Shown here piece by piece: positions 17,584 to 29,473 of a stretch of DNA of 64,000 nt. Positions within the stretch are counted from its first letter, which is position 1, and every line of letters begins with the position of its first letter. The DNA is from an uncultured Bacteroidota bacterium. Its GTDB lineage: Bacteria; Bacteroidota; Bacteroidia; Bacteroidales; DTGW01. The stretch covers positions 233,753 to 297,752 of the forward strand of contig CAWKPE010000013.1 of NCBI GenBank assembly GCA_963851385.1. The letters are read 5' to 3'. Made by a program: the position numbers and the translations under genes. A model generated the notes under the pieces. That model worked only from the letters and a program-made list of their open reading frames with translations, ran no database searches and was not told where the DNA came from.

Positions 17584-20500
17584 ATGAAAAGAACCGGAGT
17601 ATTGCTGCTGTTAATGTTTTTACTAAAGCAATTTGCCTTTGCTCAAACAACAATCACCGGAACTGTTACAAGTGCAGATGATGGTTTGGGGTTACCAGGT
17701 GCATTTGTAGTTGTAAAAAGTTCAACTAACGGTACAGTTACCGATATAGAAGGTAAGTATAAAATTACGGTACCTCAGGGCAGTACTTTGGTATTTAGTT
17801 TTGTAGGAATGCAACCGCAGGAAATTCCGGTAACAGATCAGACTGTTATTAATGTTGTTCTTAATGCTATTGCAACAAATGTTGAAGAAGTTATAGTAGC
17901 TGGCGTTGCCAGTGCTACTCCACGCAAAAAAATGAGTGTTTCTGTAAGTAAGGTAGATTCAAAAGACCTTGAATCTGTGCCTGCCACTTCAACAGCAACG
18001 GCTCTCCAAGGAAGAGTTGCTGGGTTAGTAGTTGTTAATTCCAGCGGGAACCCTGGACAATCTTCCGGAATCAGATTAAGAGGTTCCACTTCAATATACG
18101 GCAGTACTTCTCCTTTGATTATAGTTGATGGAGTAATGATGGATGGCGATATGGCTGATGTAAACAGTGATGACGTTGCCGACTATCAAGTTGTAAAAGG
18201 TGCATCTGCTTCTGCACTCTATGGTTCTCGGGCAGGAAATGGTGTAATTGTTATTACAACAAAAAGAGGAAATTTAGCAAAAGAAGGAAATACAGAGATA
18301 AGATTCAGAAGCGAATATGGTACTTCCGATCTTATAAAAGAAATAAAATTAAATGAACATCATGACTACAGGTTAGCTGATAATTATAAACAGGATGGTT
18401 ATACAAAATATTACGGAGTAACCTATCCAACCAATTATGATGGAGGACCTACAAATGATATTTTAGGAACCAGGACACCTGATTTTGACCACTATTCTGA
18501 TAATCCCTATTCATTTGCTAATGATTTGCAAAAGGAAATATTTCCAAATGGTAACTTTTATACAGAATATATTTCAGTAGCTTCCAATAATACAAATTCA
18601 GATTATCTTATTTCATATGAAAATAACCACAACTCAGGAATTGTATTTAGTAAAAATGGTTCTACCAGACAAAACATACGTCTTAACATTGATCTGAAAA
18701 TATTTGAAAAGCTAAAGCTTTCTATAAGTTCTTTATATATTCAAACAAAATTAGATTTACCCAATGGTGGAGAAACAGTAAGTGACGGCGGTGGAGAACT
18801 GAGCGCATTTTCTGATGTTCTGTTTATGAATCCTGATGCAAACCTTAATATGGCTTCACCTGATACAATGATACTAAAGAAATATTACTATAAACCGGAT
18901 TATTGGGCATTAGCAAGCAATCCTAAACATTCTCTTTATTACGAGCAGCGTAATACTGAAAGAAGTTCCTTCATGCCTGATTTCTCGCTTAATTATAAAA
19001 CCTTTAGCTGGATGGAACTTGAAGCAAATTATAGTTTTGAAAAACGAAATATAATGTATACTCAATATGATCCTGTAGGTTTTATGGGACTCAATGGAGC
19101 AATTACAGAATGGTGCGGAAGAAAAAATCGCTTTTGAAAGTTTGGGTCAAACGTTTCAATCCACCATTAATTTAAATGGAAAATTTGGTGATTTTGTTGC
19201 AAAGGGCAAATTAAACTTCACTTATGAAAAATTCGGTTCCGATCAGTTTTCGGTAACAGGTGTTAATTTTTTGTTATCAGGTATTACAAGTCTACAGGAT
19301 TTAGTAGGTAAAATAACACCTACATCGTTAATTATTAATACCGTTGCTAAAAATTATTCTGGTATCGCAGATTTGGATTATAAGGGTAAATATATAGCTT
19401 CCATGCTATACAGAATAGATGGTTCATCGTTATTTGGCCCAAATAACAGGTGGAACCCTTATTATCGTATTTCCGGTGCGTACAGGATTGGTGAGGATTT
19501 AAAAATACCAGGTATCCAGGAATTAAAATTAAGGGCAGCTGTAGGGACATCAGGCCAAAGGCCAGAATTTAATTATCAGTATGAAACATTCACAATGGAA
19601 AACGGTGTTCCTATTGGCTATACATTGGGCAATAAAAATTTAAAACCTTCTGAAACAAAAGAAACAGAACTTGGAGTAAATTGCGAATTTCTTAACAAGT
19701 TTGAACTGGAAATAATTCAATCTTTTAACGAAACAAATGGTGATTTTATGAACGTTCCTTTATCTGCTGTAACAGGTTTTCGCTATCAATGGCGAAATGC
19801 AACAATAATAAAAGGAACTTCTTTTGAGACAACTTTAGGGGCCCAAATTATTAAATCGAAGGATTTGGATTGGAGGTTTAATCTTACTTTCGATAAAATG
19901 AGCCAAAAAATTTCTGCATTAGAAAACACTAGTGCATTCTCGACTGGTCCAAAAAGTGCATTTCGTGTTCAAGCCGGAGAACCTTATGGAATTATGTATG
20001 GATATGCATGGGTAAAAACTATACAGCAAATGGAGCAGCAGCTTCCAGAGGGTAAAACTATTGATGATTATACTGTTAACAGCGAAGGATATGTTATTCC
20101 AAAAGGCACTGAAGGTACACCTTATGAAATACCCATACCCTATGATAAGAATAAAGACGGACAACCTTATGAAATTGCGGATATGAATCCAAGATTTAAT
20201 ATGTCGTTCTCTACTAATTTGGAATGGAAAAATATTTTATTTTCTATGCTATGGAACTGGAAATGCGGAGGCAACATTTATAATGAAACAAAGCAAATGT
20301 TATTCCGGGATCAAAGGGCGGGCGTAAATGATCAATATGGCAAACCCGAGTATCAAAAAAAGACAACTGATTATTATAATACTTTCTATTACCAGGATAT
20401 TACAAATTCTTATTTTGTTGAAGATGCCAGCTATCTGAAATTAAGAGAAATGTCAATATATTATTCTTTTAGCAGCAAATTTTTTAGTAAGGTCGGTATC

Positions 20501-20678
20501 AGTTTCATTAAAAATGCTAAACTTGGTATATTAGGTCGAAATCTTCTGACTTTTACTAAATATACAGGATGGGATCCTGAAGTATGCAGATATTAACAAC
20601 CCTACAAGTTTCATTTTTGATGATTTCAGTTACCCCAATTATAGAACAATATCGGCATCATTAGAAATTAACTTTTAA
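17584..20678 (+). pseudogene. SusC/RagA-family TonB-dependent outer-membrane transporter, at least 2 frameshifts
   Basis: Signal peptide from ATG 17584. CarboxypepD_reg (TITGTVTSADDGLGLPGAFVVV..) and plug domains. Frame changes near 19090-19137 and 20578-20590. The canonical C-terminus ..YPNYRTISASLEINF* is only in a third frame, ending at 20678. Confidence 0.8.
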
Positions 20679-20727
20679 ATATTGAAACAAAATGATGTGT
20701 GTTGAATTTTTTAAAAATATTTTGAAG

Positions 20728-22271
20728 ATGAGAAAGTCGTTGTTTTTTATATTGGTTCTTATAATATATTCATGTAATAAGGATATGGATATTCCTGACA
20801 CGAATGATCCAAACAGATCTAACGTTAATTCTTCTTCCCGCGATGTCGAAAATGTTGCTGAAAGTGCTTTCCTGGCCTATTGGCAAGCTACCAGATCTAC
20901 TACTAGTGGTGGTGCTAATCTTTATGGTACTTCCCTTGTAGCTGCTGATCAATTTACAGCAAGCTGGTATAACTTTGCATGGGGATATGTATCTGCCGAA
21001 CCACGCATCCCATGGAATAATTTAGTGACATTTGATGATGCAGATGTAACTACTGACTTTTATTATTCGATGTATGGTGTTTTGTCCAACTCAGTAAATC
21101 CCGTAATTGATCTCATCCTAAATAAAAATTTCAAACTTGGAAATAACGGTCAAGACAATCCTGCAATTTTAGCTTTGTGTTATTTTTTACAGGGTGCTAT
21201 TTTAGGCAATTTAGGTTTGTGCTTTGACAAAGCAATGATTGTAAAAGAAAATACTGATTTGGGAAATATTAAATTTTCAAGTTATAATGAAGTAATGGAT
21301 GCTGCAATTGTATCATTGGAAAAAACTGATTCAATTTGCAAAACAAATACTTTTCAGTTAGATCCAAGTGTAGTAAATGGATACCTTTTAAACAATGACA
21401 TTCTCAAGCGTTTAGCTAACTCATATATGGCCCGTTTCCTGGCCCTTACACCAAGAACTAAAGTTGAAAATAGCCTGGTAGACTGGGATAATGTGCTGGC
21501 ACATGCTCAACAAGGTATAAATAATGATTTTTATGCTGATGGTGATGCCACATACCTTCAAGGTGGCAAATGGTATGATAATAATTTTTATTATCTTGAC
21601 TAACCCTGAAAATGGTACGTTTGCCTATGCCTTTGTTGATTGCCGTTTAATTCATATGCTGGATCCTGATTACCCTGCCCGTTATCCTTCTGATGGAATA
21701 GCACCACAGGTTCATAGCGATTTGCGACCCGGAGAGGCAAAATCTAATGATCATCGCCTTGCGGCGGATTTTACATATTTTAGTTCTTGTGGTTTTTATG
21801 CTAGCAGAGGTTATTACAACTTCTCACATTATCAATATTCAAGATACCCGGATATCAGAACAACCGGTGTGGCCTTATTGTATGATTTCAGAAAATATGA
21901 GAACGATTTGTATATGGCAGAAGCTTACGCTATGTTAAATCAACCAGATAAAGCACTTGAAATTTTAAATGACCCTGGAAATCCGAGATTAGACCCGACT
22001 AGAGGTGGACTAAATCCTTTGCCGAGTACTGCTGGCAACCAGACAGATTCTTGATGCTATTTTTTATGAAAGAGAGATTGAATTGTTAGCACAGGGATTT
22101 ATGGTAGGTTTTTGTGACATGCGCCGGAGAGATATGTTACAATATGGCACGTACCTTCATTACCCGGTTCCCGGTAAAGAACTTGAAACACTACAATTAC
22201 CTAACTATACATTTGGAGGCGCGGGTAATGCTGATGGAGTAAATACTTCCAATGGCGGTTGGTTTAAATAA
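20728..22271 (+). pseudogene. SusD/RagB-family lipoprotein, 2 frameshifts
   Basis: Lipobox ..LIIYSCN. Pieces lie in frames 1, 2 and 3 (20728-21603, 21524-22054, 22083-22271). ..ILDAIFYEREIELLAQGF.. is the typical SusD C-terminal helix. Confidence 0.75.
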
Positions 22272-22425
22272 AAAAATTCAATGAGAGAATTTGAAAACTC
22301 GTTAATAAAAGAAAAATAGAATAATGGAAAAACTGGTGTAAGAACCTCCTAGCGGTTTTGAGCCGCTTGGAGATTAAGCCATCTGGACTTTAAATTTTGA
22401 ACTTTAAACCTTGAACTATAAAAAT

Positions 22426-23209
22426 ATGAAAATCAAAATTCCTAATCTGATCATGACCTTGATTTTTACAGCTATGACAATCTCATCATGCAAAAAGGAA
22501 GAGAGTTACAATTGGAAAAATATTGATCCGGGGAAACAACAAATATCCGGACCAGATTCAATCAAAGGAAATGACAGTACTGTCTATGAATATCTTGCCA
22601 TTCCAAGGGGAGGATCAACATATTCATGGGAAGTATTGAGTGGGCCTATAACTATCAAGGTAGATACTTTAAACAAAGATCCTCTGCATTATCATCCCTT
22701 CAGAGCTGAAATAACTGCAAATTCTTCCATCGATACAACCGGGTCTTTTGTAGTTAGAGAAACTACCTGGGCCGGTAAACCGGGAATAGCAGATACTTTT
22801 AAGATTCAAAAAATACTTTGTTATAAACCATTCATTCCTGATAGTTTTGTAGGAGAATATACTTGTCATGAAAGTGTTATAAATAACATTGATAATTCTT
22901 TTAGTAACGTCTGACCCATTTATCGTTACCCTCTCGTATTTAGGCGGGGACACCGTTCAGATTGATAATTTTTATGGCACACAAATATCTTTAAATTACA
23001 TAATCAGCAGGGATAAAAATGAAAACCTTACAGTAGTAAATACTTTGACTGATGAAATAACAAATGCTTATTTCGATGATATAGCAGAAATAAAGGGCTA
23101 TGGTTCATATAGTTCATGTAACAAAACTATCACGGTAGATTTTTTTATTATAGATGCTGCAGTAGGCGATACTATTATTACCGGAACAGATAATTTTATT
23201 CATAAGTAA
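22426..23209 (+). pseudogene. PUL-associated lipoprotein of unknown function, 1 frameshift
   Basis: MKIKIPNLIMTLIFTAMTISSCKKE lipobox. The frame switches near 22870-22905 between the 22411..22914 and 22889..23209 ORFs. Confidence 0.55.
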
Positions 23210-23245
23210 TCAAATTATTATTCCTTTATAAATATAGAAATATAG

Positions 23246-23275
23246 TGCAAGTTCCTAAAAAACTTGCATTTTTTA
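23246..23275 (+). terminator. Intrinsic terminator (tgcaagtt-cctaaaa-aacttgca + TTTTTTA)
   Basis: 8-bp stem plus T-run, after the PUL. Confidence 0.75.
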
Positions 23276-23348
23276 TAAGGTTTACAGGACTTGGAAAGTT
23301 TTTAAATTAACAGCTTTTAAATAATCAAAGTATTTGTAAGAATTCTTA

Positions 23349-25451
23349 ATGAATAAACTACAGCAGGATATTAAATATCTTCAAGGTGTTGGACCAAAAA
23401 GAGCGGAAATATTGAATAATGATATTTCAGTCTGTACTTTGGAAGACTTGTTGTATTACTTTCCTTATAAACATGTTGATAGATCAAGATTTTATAAAAT
23501 AAGTGAACTGACTGCAGATTTACCCTACATACAAATAGTAGGTAAAATCACTGGTTTTACTGAAATAGGTAAAAGCTATAAAAAAAGATTGTCAGCTCAA
23601 TTTACTGATGGAACCGGTAAAATTGAACTGGTATGGTTTAAAGGAGTGAAATGGATTCAGGAATCTTATAAAACAGGCATAAATTACATTATATATGGGA
23701 AACCCGGTATTTTCGGAACACGCATAAACATAGCCCATCCTGAAATTGAAGAAGCAGATAAGCAGGATCAGTCAATCAAATCGACTTTACAGCCTTTCTA
23801 TAATACTTCTGAAAGAATGAAAAATATTTTTCTTACTTCCAGGGTAATTCATCGTTTGATTGGCGTGATAATAAAAAACTATTTGAAGGAAGTAAAAGAA
23901 AGTCTTCCGTCATATTTATTAAAAAACTGCAAACTTATTCCTTTGCATGAAGCACTGCTTAATATACATTATCCACAGGGAACAGAATTATTGCGAAAAG
24001 CGGAATACAGATTGAAATTTGAAGAATTGTTTACAATTCAACTAAGCCTGCTTAAACAAAAGGCTTCTAGGGAGTCTGTCAATAAAGGCCTTGTTTTTAC
24101 GAAAGTTGGTGATTACCTTAATTCATTCTACAAGCTCAATCTGAAGTTTGAACTTACCGAAGCTCAAAAAAGAGTTATAAAAGAAATCAGAAAAGACCTG
24201 GGTTCCGGGAAACAAATGAACAGACTGCTGCAGGGCGATGTTGGAAGTGGCAAAACATTAGTGGCTTTAATGGTCATGCTCATTGCACTTGATAATGGTT
24301 TTCAGACTTGCATTATGGCACCTACTGAAATTTTAGCTTTCCAGCACTTTGAAACGTTATCTAAAATGCTTGCTGGTCTAAATATCAGTATTAAACTTTT
24401 AACGGGATCAACTAAAAAAACTGAACGGCAGCAAATATTCAAAGGACTTGCAGACAGCAGTATTCAAATATTAATCGGTACTCACGCGCTAATTGAAGAT
24501 ACAGTTCAATTTAAAAATCTTGGATTGGTTATTATTGACGAACAACATAGATTTGGAGTTGCTCAACGTGCAAAGCTCTGGCAGAAAAATGAAAATCCAC
24601 CTCACATATTGGTAATGACTGCTACGCCCATTCCCCGGACTTTAGCTATGACAGTTTATGGTGATCTGGATGTTTCTACTATAGATGAGTTACCTCCTGG
24701 ACGGAAACCAATTTATACAAAACATATTGCCGGAACACAACGGTTAAAACTTATAGAGTTGCTTAAAACGGAAATTGCAAAAGGACGGCAGGTTTATATT
24801 GTATATCCCTTGATAAAGGAATCAGAAAGTCTCGACTATAAAGCACTTGAAAATGGTTTTGAAACTATTATCAAATTGTTTCCTGTACCAAAATACCGGG
24901 TAAATATGGTTCATGGACAAATGAAACAATCTGAAAAAGATGCAGCTATGAAAAACTTTGTTGAAGGGAAAACTCATATTATGGTTGCAACAACAGTGAT
25001 AGAAGTGGGTGTTGATGTTCCCAATGCCTCGATAATGGTAATTGAAAGTGCTGAACGTTTTGGCCTTTCACAGTTGCATCAGCTTCGTGGACGTGTAGGT
25101 AGAGGTGCCGAACAAAGCTATTGTATATTATCTACATCTCATAAGCTCTCTGAAGAAGCCCGTAAACGTATTAATATTATGGAAGCTACAAATGATGGGT
25201 TTGAAATTGCAGAAGCTGATCTTAAATTACGCGGACCAGGAGATATTGAAGGTACCCAGCAAAGTGGCATGCCATTTAATCTGCGAATTGCACATCTTGG
25301 AAAGGATCAACAAATACTTCAATACGCTCGTGATATTGCTAATGGCATAATTAGTTTAGATCCATCACTCAATAAGCCTGAAAATAGAGAACTCCGTGAA
25401 CTTCTTTTAAAAACAAGGAAAGAAAATGTAAACTGGAGAATGATTAGCTGA
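23349..25451 (+). CDS. recG: ATP-dependent DNA helicase RecG
   Basis: 700 aa. Wedge domain, GDVGSGKT (Walker A), DEQHRFG, ..QLHQLRGRVGRG... Confidence 0.9.
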   Translation: MNKLQQDIKYLQGVGPKRAEILNNDISVCTLEDLLYYFPYKHVDRSRFYKISELTADLPYIQIVGKITGFTEIGKSYKKRLSAQFTDGTGKIELVWFKGVKWIQESYKTGINYIIYGKPGIFGTRINIAHPEIEEADKQDQSIKSTLQPFYNTSERMKNIFLTSRVIHRLIGVIIKNYLKEVKESLPSYLLKNCKLIPLHEALLNIHYPQGTELLRKAEYRLKFEELFTIQLSLLKQKASRESVNKGLVFTKVGDYLNSFYKLNLKFELTEAQKRVIKEIRKDLGSGKQMNRLLQGDVGSGKTLVALMVMLIALDNGFQTCIMAPTEILAFQHFETLSKMLAGLNISIKLLTGSTKKTERQQIFKGLADSSIQILIGTHALIEDTVQFKNLGLVIIDEQHRFGVAQRAKLWQKNENPPHILVMTATPIPRTLAMTVYGDLDVSTIDELPPGRKPIYTKHIAGTQRLKLIELLKTEIAKGRQVYIVYPLIKESESLDYKALENGFETIIKLFPVPKYRVNMVHGQMKQSEKDAAMKNFVEGKTHIMVATTVIEVGVDVPNASIMVIESAERFGLSQLHQLRGRVGRGAEQSYCILSTSHKLSEEARKRINIMEATNDGFEIAEADLKLRGPGDIEGTQQSGMPFNLRIAHLGKDQQILQYARDIANGIISLDPSLNKPENRELRELLLKTRKENVNWRMIS

Positions 25452-25453
25452 GA

Positions 25454-25522
25454 ACGACAGCAGACAAACGACGGATGACAGAAGTTAGAAAAAAATAAAC
25501 TTTGAACTTTAAACTTGAAACT
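25454..25522. repeat. Two adjacent 7-8-bp-period arrays (acgacag/cagacaa/acgacgg/atgacag; aaactttg/aactttaa/acttgaaa)
   Basis: Read directly between convergent recG and the OstA-like gene. Confidence 0.55.
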
Positions 25523-25526
25523 ATTT

Positions 25527-27056
25527 TTACTCTTCCTGCCAATTAAAAATATCAAATCTTGAATTTGGACGGGATTTAGTGTACCACTTAAAATCTCTTA
25601 GTTTCAATTCTTCAGCAGGTGCTTTGTCCAAAGGATAAAGTATTGCATCCGGCTTAGTCAAAAAAACTATCTTTTCTATTCTTTTATTTGCTCGATAAAT
25701 TACGAGATCTGAACTTTCGGCTTTATTGACACCAACAATACTGTCATTCTTTTCTTTCACATAATAAACAGTTTCTCCATTTCCATTTACAGTTACTTTA
25801 TATAACTCATCGTCTTTAAAGTAGCCGATCATTTTTCTGCCTTTAATTTGACTGTATTTACCAGAGTCTTCTTTTGATATTATAAATGAGTTGTTATAGA
25901 AATTAATTGTATTTGGTTTTTTATTTGCCAAATGCAATTCAATATATTCTGAAGTCATTTGATTTTGATTCGACCATAATACCGGTTTAATAAACATACG
26001 AATAGTTGAATCACCGGTTGTATAGGTAAGGGAGTCACTTTTCCCTTGCATATCCGACTTAAAAATTTTGACATGGTAATATGCCCGGATTGTTTTTTCT
26101 TTATTCAAACTATCGGCTAAAGATTTAAGAGTATCTGCATGAACAAACATAGTGTCTTTATCAGAAAACTGCATAAATACGGCACTATCAGTAATCATTG
26201 AATATTGAGGCTTTTCACAGTACCGTGCATAATTGCCTGTAATTATTACCTGCTGAGTTGAATCAATAATCCAGATGTGCATAAAAGCTCTGCCAATGCC
26301 AGTATTTCTTTCATAATATAGACTGTCACCCTTGAGTAATTGTTTATCTGATTTAAGATAAGCGTTTTTGTAAAACTGGGAAATATTAGTTGCTGTGTTG
26401 TACCATCCATTTTCGCAATAAATATAATTTTCTTTTGATGTAATATCTGTGGGTCCAAAAAAATAAGCAATCTTGCTTACTGTATTATATTTGAGAGTAT
26501 CTGATTTTATGATATATTTAGGGTTAATAATTACTACATTTTTCCTGTAATAAAAAAGTTTTTGTTTTGCATAATAGTATCCTATATTGCTGGTAAGCGT
26601 GTTTTCACCATTAATTATTTTTCCTCCATTGATATAATATCCAATATCTTCAGCAATTTTGAAATCAAGATATTCGGTAGTCAGGGTAATTTCTTTATCA
26701 ATTAATTTTACTCTGTTTCTTACCTGTGCTAATTTTGTATTTCCATTATAGGTTAATTTGTCTCCATATAAATGCAGCGTATCTCCCTGGTGTATGTTAA
26801 CATTACTATAAGCATCTATTGTATTTTTTTCAGAATAGAAATAAGCTGAATCGCAGAACATAATTGTATTTTCATGTTTGAATTCTACATCACCCATAAG
26901 CTTTTTAGCGGCATTATTAGAGCGTTGGTCGAATTCTATAGAATTTGCATGAACTATTTCAATTTGATGAATTTCCTGACCAATTACCACTAGTAAAGGA
27001 GAATTACTTAATAATAATAAAAATATCAGTATTACTTTCAACTTGCAGTGCATCAC
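25527..27056 (-). CDS. OstA-like (LptD N-terminal-like) periplasmic protein
   Basis: 509 aa with signal peptide. Repetitive beta-rich ..GDV.F......C.SA.Y......A..NV.I... pattern. Sits upstream of the SurA-like genes as in other Bacteroidota. Confidence 0.5.
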   Translation of the reverse strand: MMHCKLKVILIFLLLLSNSPLLVVIGQEIHQIEIVHANSIEFDQRSNNAAKKLMGDVEFKHENTIMFCDSAYFYSEKNTIDAYSNVNIHQGDTLHLYGDKLTYNGNTKLAQVRNRVKLIDKEITLTTEYLDFKIAEDIGYYINGGKIINGENTLTSNIGYYYAKQKLFYYRKNVVIINPKYIIKSDTLKYNTVSKIAYFFGPTDITSKENYIYCENGWYNTATNISQFYKNAYLKSDKQLLKGDSLYYERNTGIGRAFMHIWIIDSTQQVIITGNYARYCEKPQYSMITDSAVFMQFSDKDTMFVHADTLKSLADSLNKEKTIRAYYHVKIFKSDMQGKSDSLTYTTGDSTIRMFIKPVLWSNQNQMTSEYIELHLANKKPNTINFYNNSFIISKEDSGKYSQIKGRKMIGYFKDDELYKVTVNGNGETVYYVKEKNDSIVGVNKAESSDLVIYRANKRIEKIVFLTKPDAILYPLDKAPAEELKLRDFKWYTKSRPNSRFDIFNWQEE

Positions 27057-27198
27057 TTTGTATTTGAAATAAATCTTTGGGCGTTGTGTTTAAATTTTAG
27101 ACAGACGGCAACAAAATTTATAAAATTGAAATATTTGTTTTGAATATAAAATCAAAGAATCATTTTTCTAATATCCAGGTTCTTTATTACCTGAACTA

Positions 27199-28545
27199 TT
27201 AATCTTTTTTGAACCAACCATTACTTTTGAACTGGCATGATTTAAAAGAATCATCAATTCGGATATAAGTAACCTTTTGTTTTTCAGTTACCCAATCTGA
27301 GAGAATTTTTTGTTTTTGTGTTTCCATGGCTAAATCCTGCAACAATTGATAATCATCATTGAGATTTGCTTTATGCGGCTCGGTTCTGGAAATTAATTTG
27401 ATTACTTTGAAAACATCCTTTTTGTTGTCATCTTTACTCATAAAAGGTTCGGATATCTCATTAACCTTAAGTTTTTTTATAACATAATAATCTTCTTGCG
27501 TAAGTTGTTCAAACTCAAATTTAGTGGAACCATTCGCGGGATTAATTACTTTACCACCACTAAGCCTGGAATTTTTATCTTCAGAAAAATATAAAGCAGC
27601 TTTTTCAAAAGACATACTATCGGCCTTAATATATTTTACAATAGTATCCAAACTTGAAAGAGCCTCTTTAATTTCTTTATCAGTAGCCTTGGGTTTCTTA
27701 AGAATATGTCTTGTATTTATACGATCATCAGATTTTCCAATAAGTTGAATTATATGATATCCAAATTGAGTTTCAACAATATTTGAAACAGCATTCATTT
27801 TTAGACTAAATGCAGCTTTGGCATAATCGGGATCTAATTCTCCCTTACTCATAAAACCAATTTCCCCACCATTTCTTGCAGAGGTAGCATCTTCGGAATA
27901 TAAATATGCCAATGTTGAAAATTTTTCACCATCAATAACACGTTTCCGCAAACCAAGTAATTCTTGTTTTATCTGGTAAATTGATTGTTCAGTGTATGGA
28001 GGATATTTAACAATTTGCAAATATTCAACTTGAGAATTAACTAAAGGAATACTATCTTGAGGAAGGCTATTATAATATTCTTTGACCTCAGTTGGAGTAA
28101 TTTTTACATCACCGGTAATTTCTCCCTGCATTTTTTGCATGAGCAGTTGTTCTTTCAAGGGTTCTCTCATATCTTCCTTAATCTGGAATAAAGATCTCTT
28201 ATAATAATCCTCGAGTTTTTCTTTTGAACCAGCTTGATCGATAAAATACTTTATACGGTTTTCAAGTTGCATATTTACCGTAGCATCACTTATCTCTATA
28301 CTATCTAATTTAGCCTGATTAACTACAAGTTTCTGTACCAGAAAATTCTCAAATATTTCACATTTGTCAGCTTTCTGATGTTGAGCCTGAAGCATGAGAT
28401 ATTGATTCTCAATATCAGATTGTAATATTTCGCTTCCTCCAACGATAGCTACTATTTTATCTACAATTACTTTTTCCTGGGAAAGAAGTTGTAAGGGTGT
28501 TAATGCCAAAAGTAAGGCTAAACTTTTTGTCGATGATATCATCAA
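27199..28545 (-). CDS. surA: SurA-like periplasmic chaperone / parvulin-type peptidyl-prolyl isomerase
   Basis: Signal peptide, SurA-N-like helical region and parvulin motif ..GGEIGFMSKGELDPDYAKAAF..FGYHIIQL... Confidence 0.7.
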   Translation of the reverse strand: MMISSTKSLALLLALTPLQLLSQEKVIVDKIVAIVGGSEILQSDIENQYLMLQAQHQKADKCEIFENFLVQKLVVNQAKLDSIEISDATVNMQLENRIKYFIDQAGSKEKLEDYYKRSLFQIKEDMREPLKEQLLMQKMQGEITGDVKITPTEVKEYYNSLPQDSIPLVNSQVEYLQIVKYPPYTEQSIYQIKQELLGLRKRVIDGEKFSTLAYLYSEDATSARNGGEIGFMSKGELDPDYAKAAFSLKMNAVSNIVETQFGYHIIQLIGKSDDRINTRHILKKPKATDKEIKEALSSLDTIVKYIKADSMSFEKAALYFSEDKNSRLSGGKVINPANGSTKFEFEQLTQEDYYVIKKLKVNEISEPFMSKDDNKKDVFKVIKLISRTEPHKANLNDDYQLLQDLAMETQKQKILSDWVTEKQKVTYIRIDDSFKSCQFKSNGWFKKD

Positions 28546-29394
28546 TTAATTTTTATATATAGTGAAGTTGTTACGATCAATTGCATCAAAATAGATCTTA
28601 TTTTCCAGATCATTTATCAGCTTTTGTTTTCTTTTTAGCAAAATAATACTCTTAATATCGCTTTCGACCAATTTTAAAGGTGTAATTGAACCCTTTAGTT
28701 TGTAATCTTTAATATTTAATAAATATAAAAAAATAGAATCTTTCATATCGAAAAATTTACCGCTTTTTAAGAATAATTCATTATTTGAAATTTCAACGGG
28801 CAAAAGCATCTTTATATTATCGAAATTTGCCCATTCATCTTTAAAATATTCATATTTAATACCGTGCTGGAGACAATATCCTTCAAGTAGTTTAGTATTT
28901 TCGGCTGTCTCAGAACGCATCCATTCTTTTACTTTATCAATATTAGCTGAACGCAATAATAGTTTTATATATTGTGCCTTGACAATATCATAATTTAAAA
29001 TGAAATTAGAGGTATTGCTATTGAAATATTCAATTATTTCTTCTGGTTTGACAGTTGTATCAAGCTTTTCCTTAATGAGTTTTTGTTCATATTTAAAAAT
29101 AATTAATGAAGTCCTGTATTCATCCAATTCTTTGTTAACATTTTTTTCCTCATCAGTTAAATTTAGTTCAGCTTTTTGAAGTATTAGCTGTTTGCGTATC
29201 CATTTTTCAGCAAGGCTGGCAACCATAATCATGCTATCACTCTTGGAAAAACCTGGTTTAATGAGTCCTCTAAGTTCCGACGAATATAAATACTGATTCC
29301 CTACTTTAGCTAAAGGCTTTTCCTTATCATTTTCATGAAATCCGGAACACCATCTTGAGAAAAAGGCCAACGATATAAAAAGCAGGTATTTCAT
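28546..29394 (-). CDS. Hypothetical periplasmic protein in the SurA/PpiD block (no parvulin motif seen)
   Basis: 282-aa ORF abutting the surA-like start, with a hydrophobic N-terminus. Confidence 0.5.
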   Translation of the reverse strand: MKYLLFISLAFFSRWCSGFHENDKEKPLAKVGNQYLYSSELRGLIKPGFSKSDSMIMVASLAEKWIRKQLILQKAELNLTDEEKNVNKELDEYRTSLIIFKYEQKLIKEKLDTTVKPEEIIEYFNSNTSNFILNYDIVKAQYIKLLLRSANIDKVKEWMRSETAENTKLLEGYCLQHGIKYEYFKDEWANFDNIKMLLPVEISNNELFLKSGKFFDMKDSIFLYLLNIKDYKLKGSITPLKLVESDIKSIILLKRKQKLINDLENKIYFDAIDRNNFTIYKN

Positions 29395-29473
29395 GTAAAT
29401 TATCTTATTTGAACATTATGAATCAAATTTTCATATAGTATAATATTGAAAAAGCTCATAATTTCATTAATAA

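Noticed and set aside
21524-22054. Internal alternative-frame ORFs (21747..21938, 25105..25350, 35365..35580, 26246..26470, 31726..31920) as independent genes
   Set aside because: They are nested within longer motif-bearing reading frames and have no independent signal.
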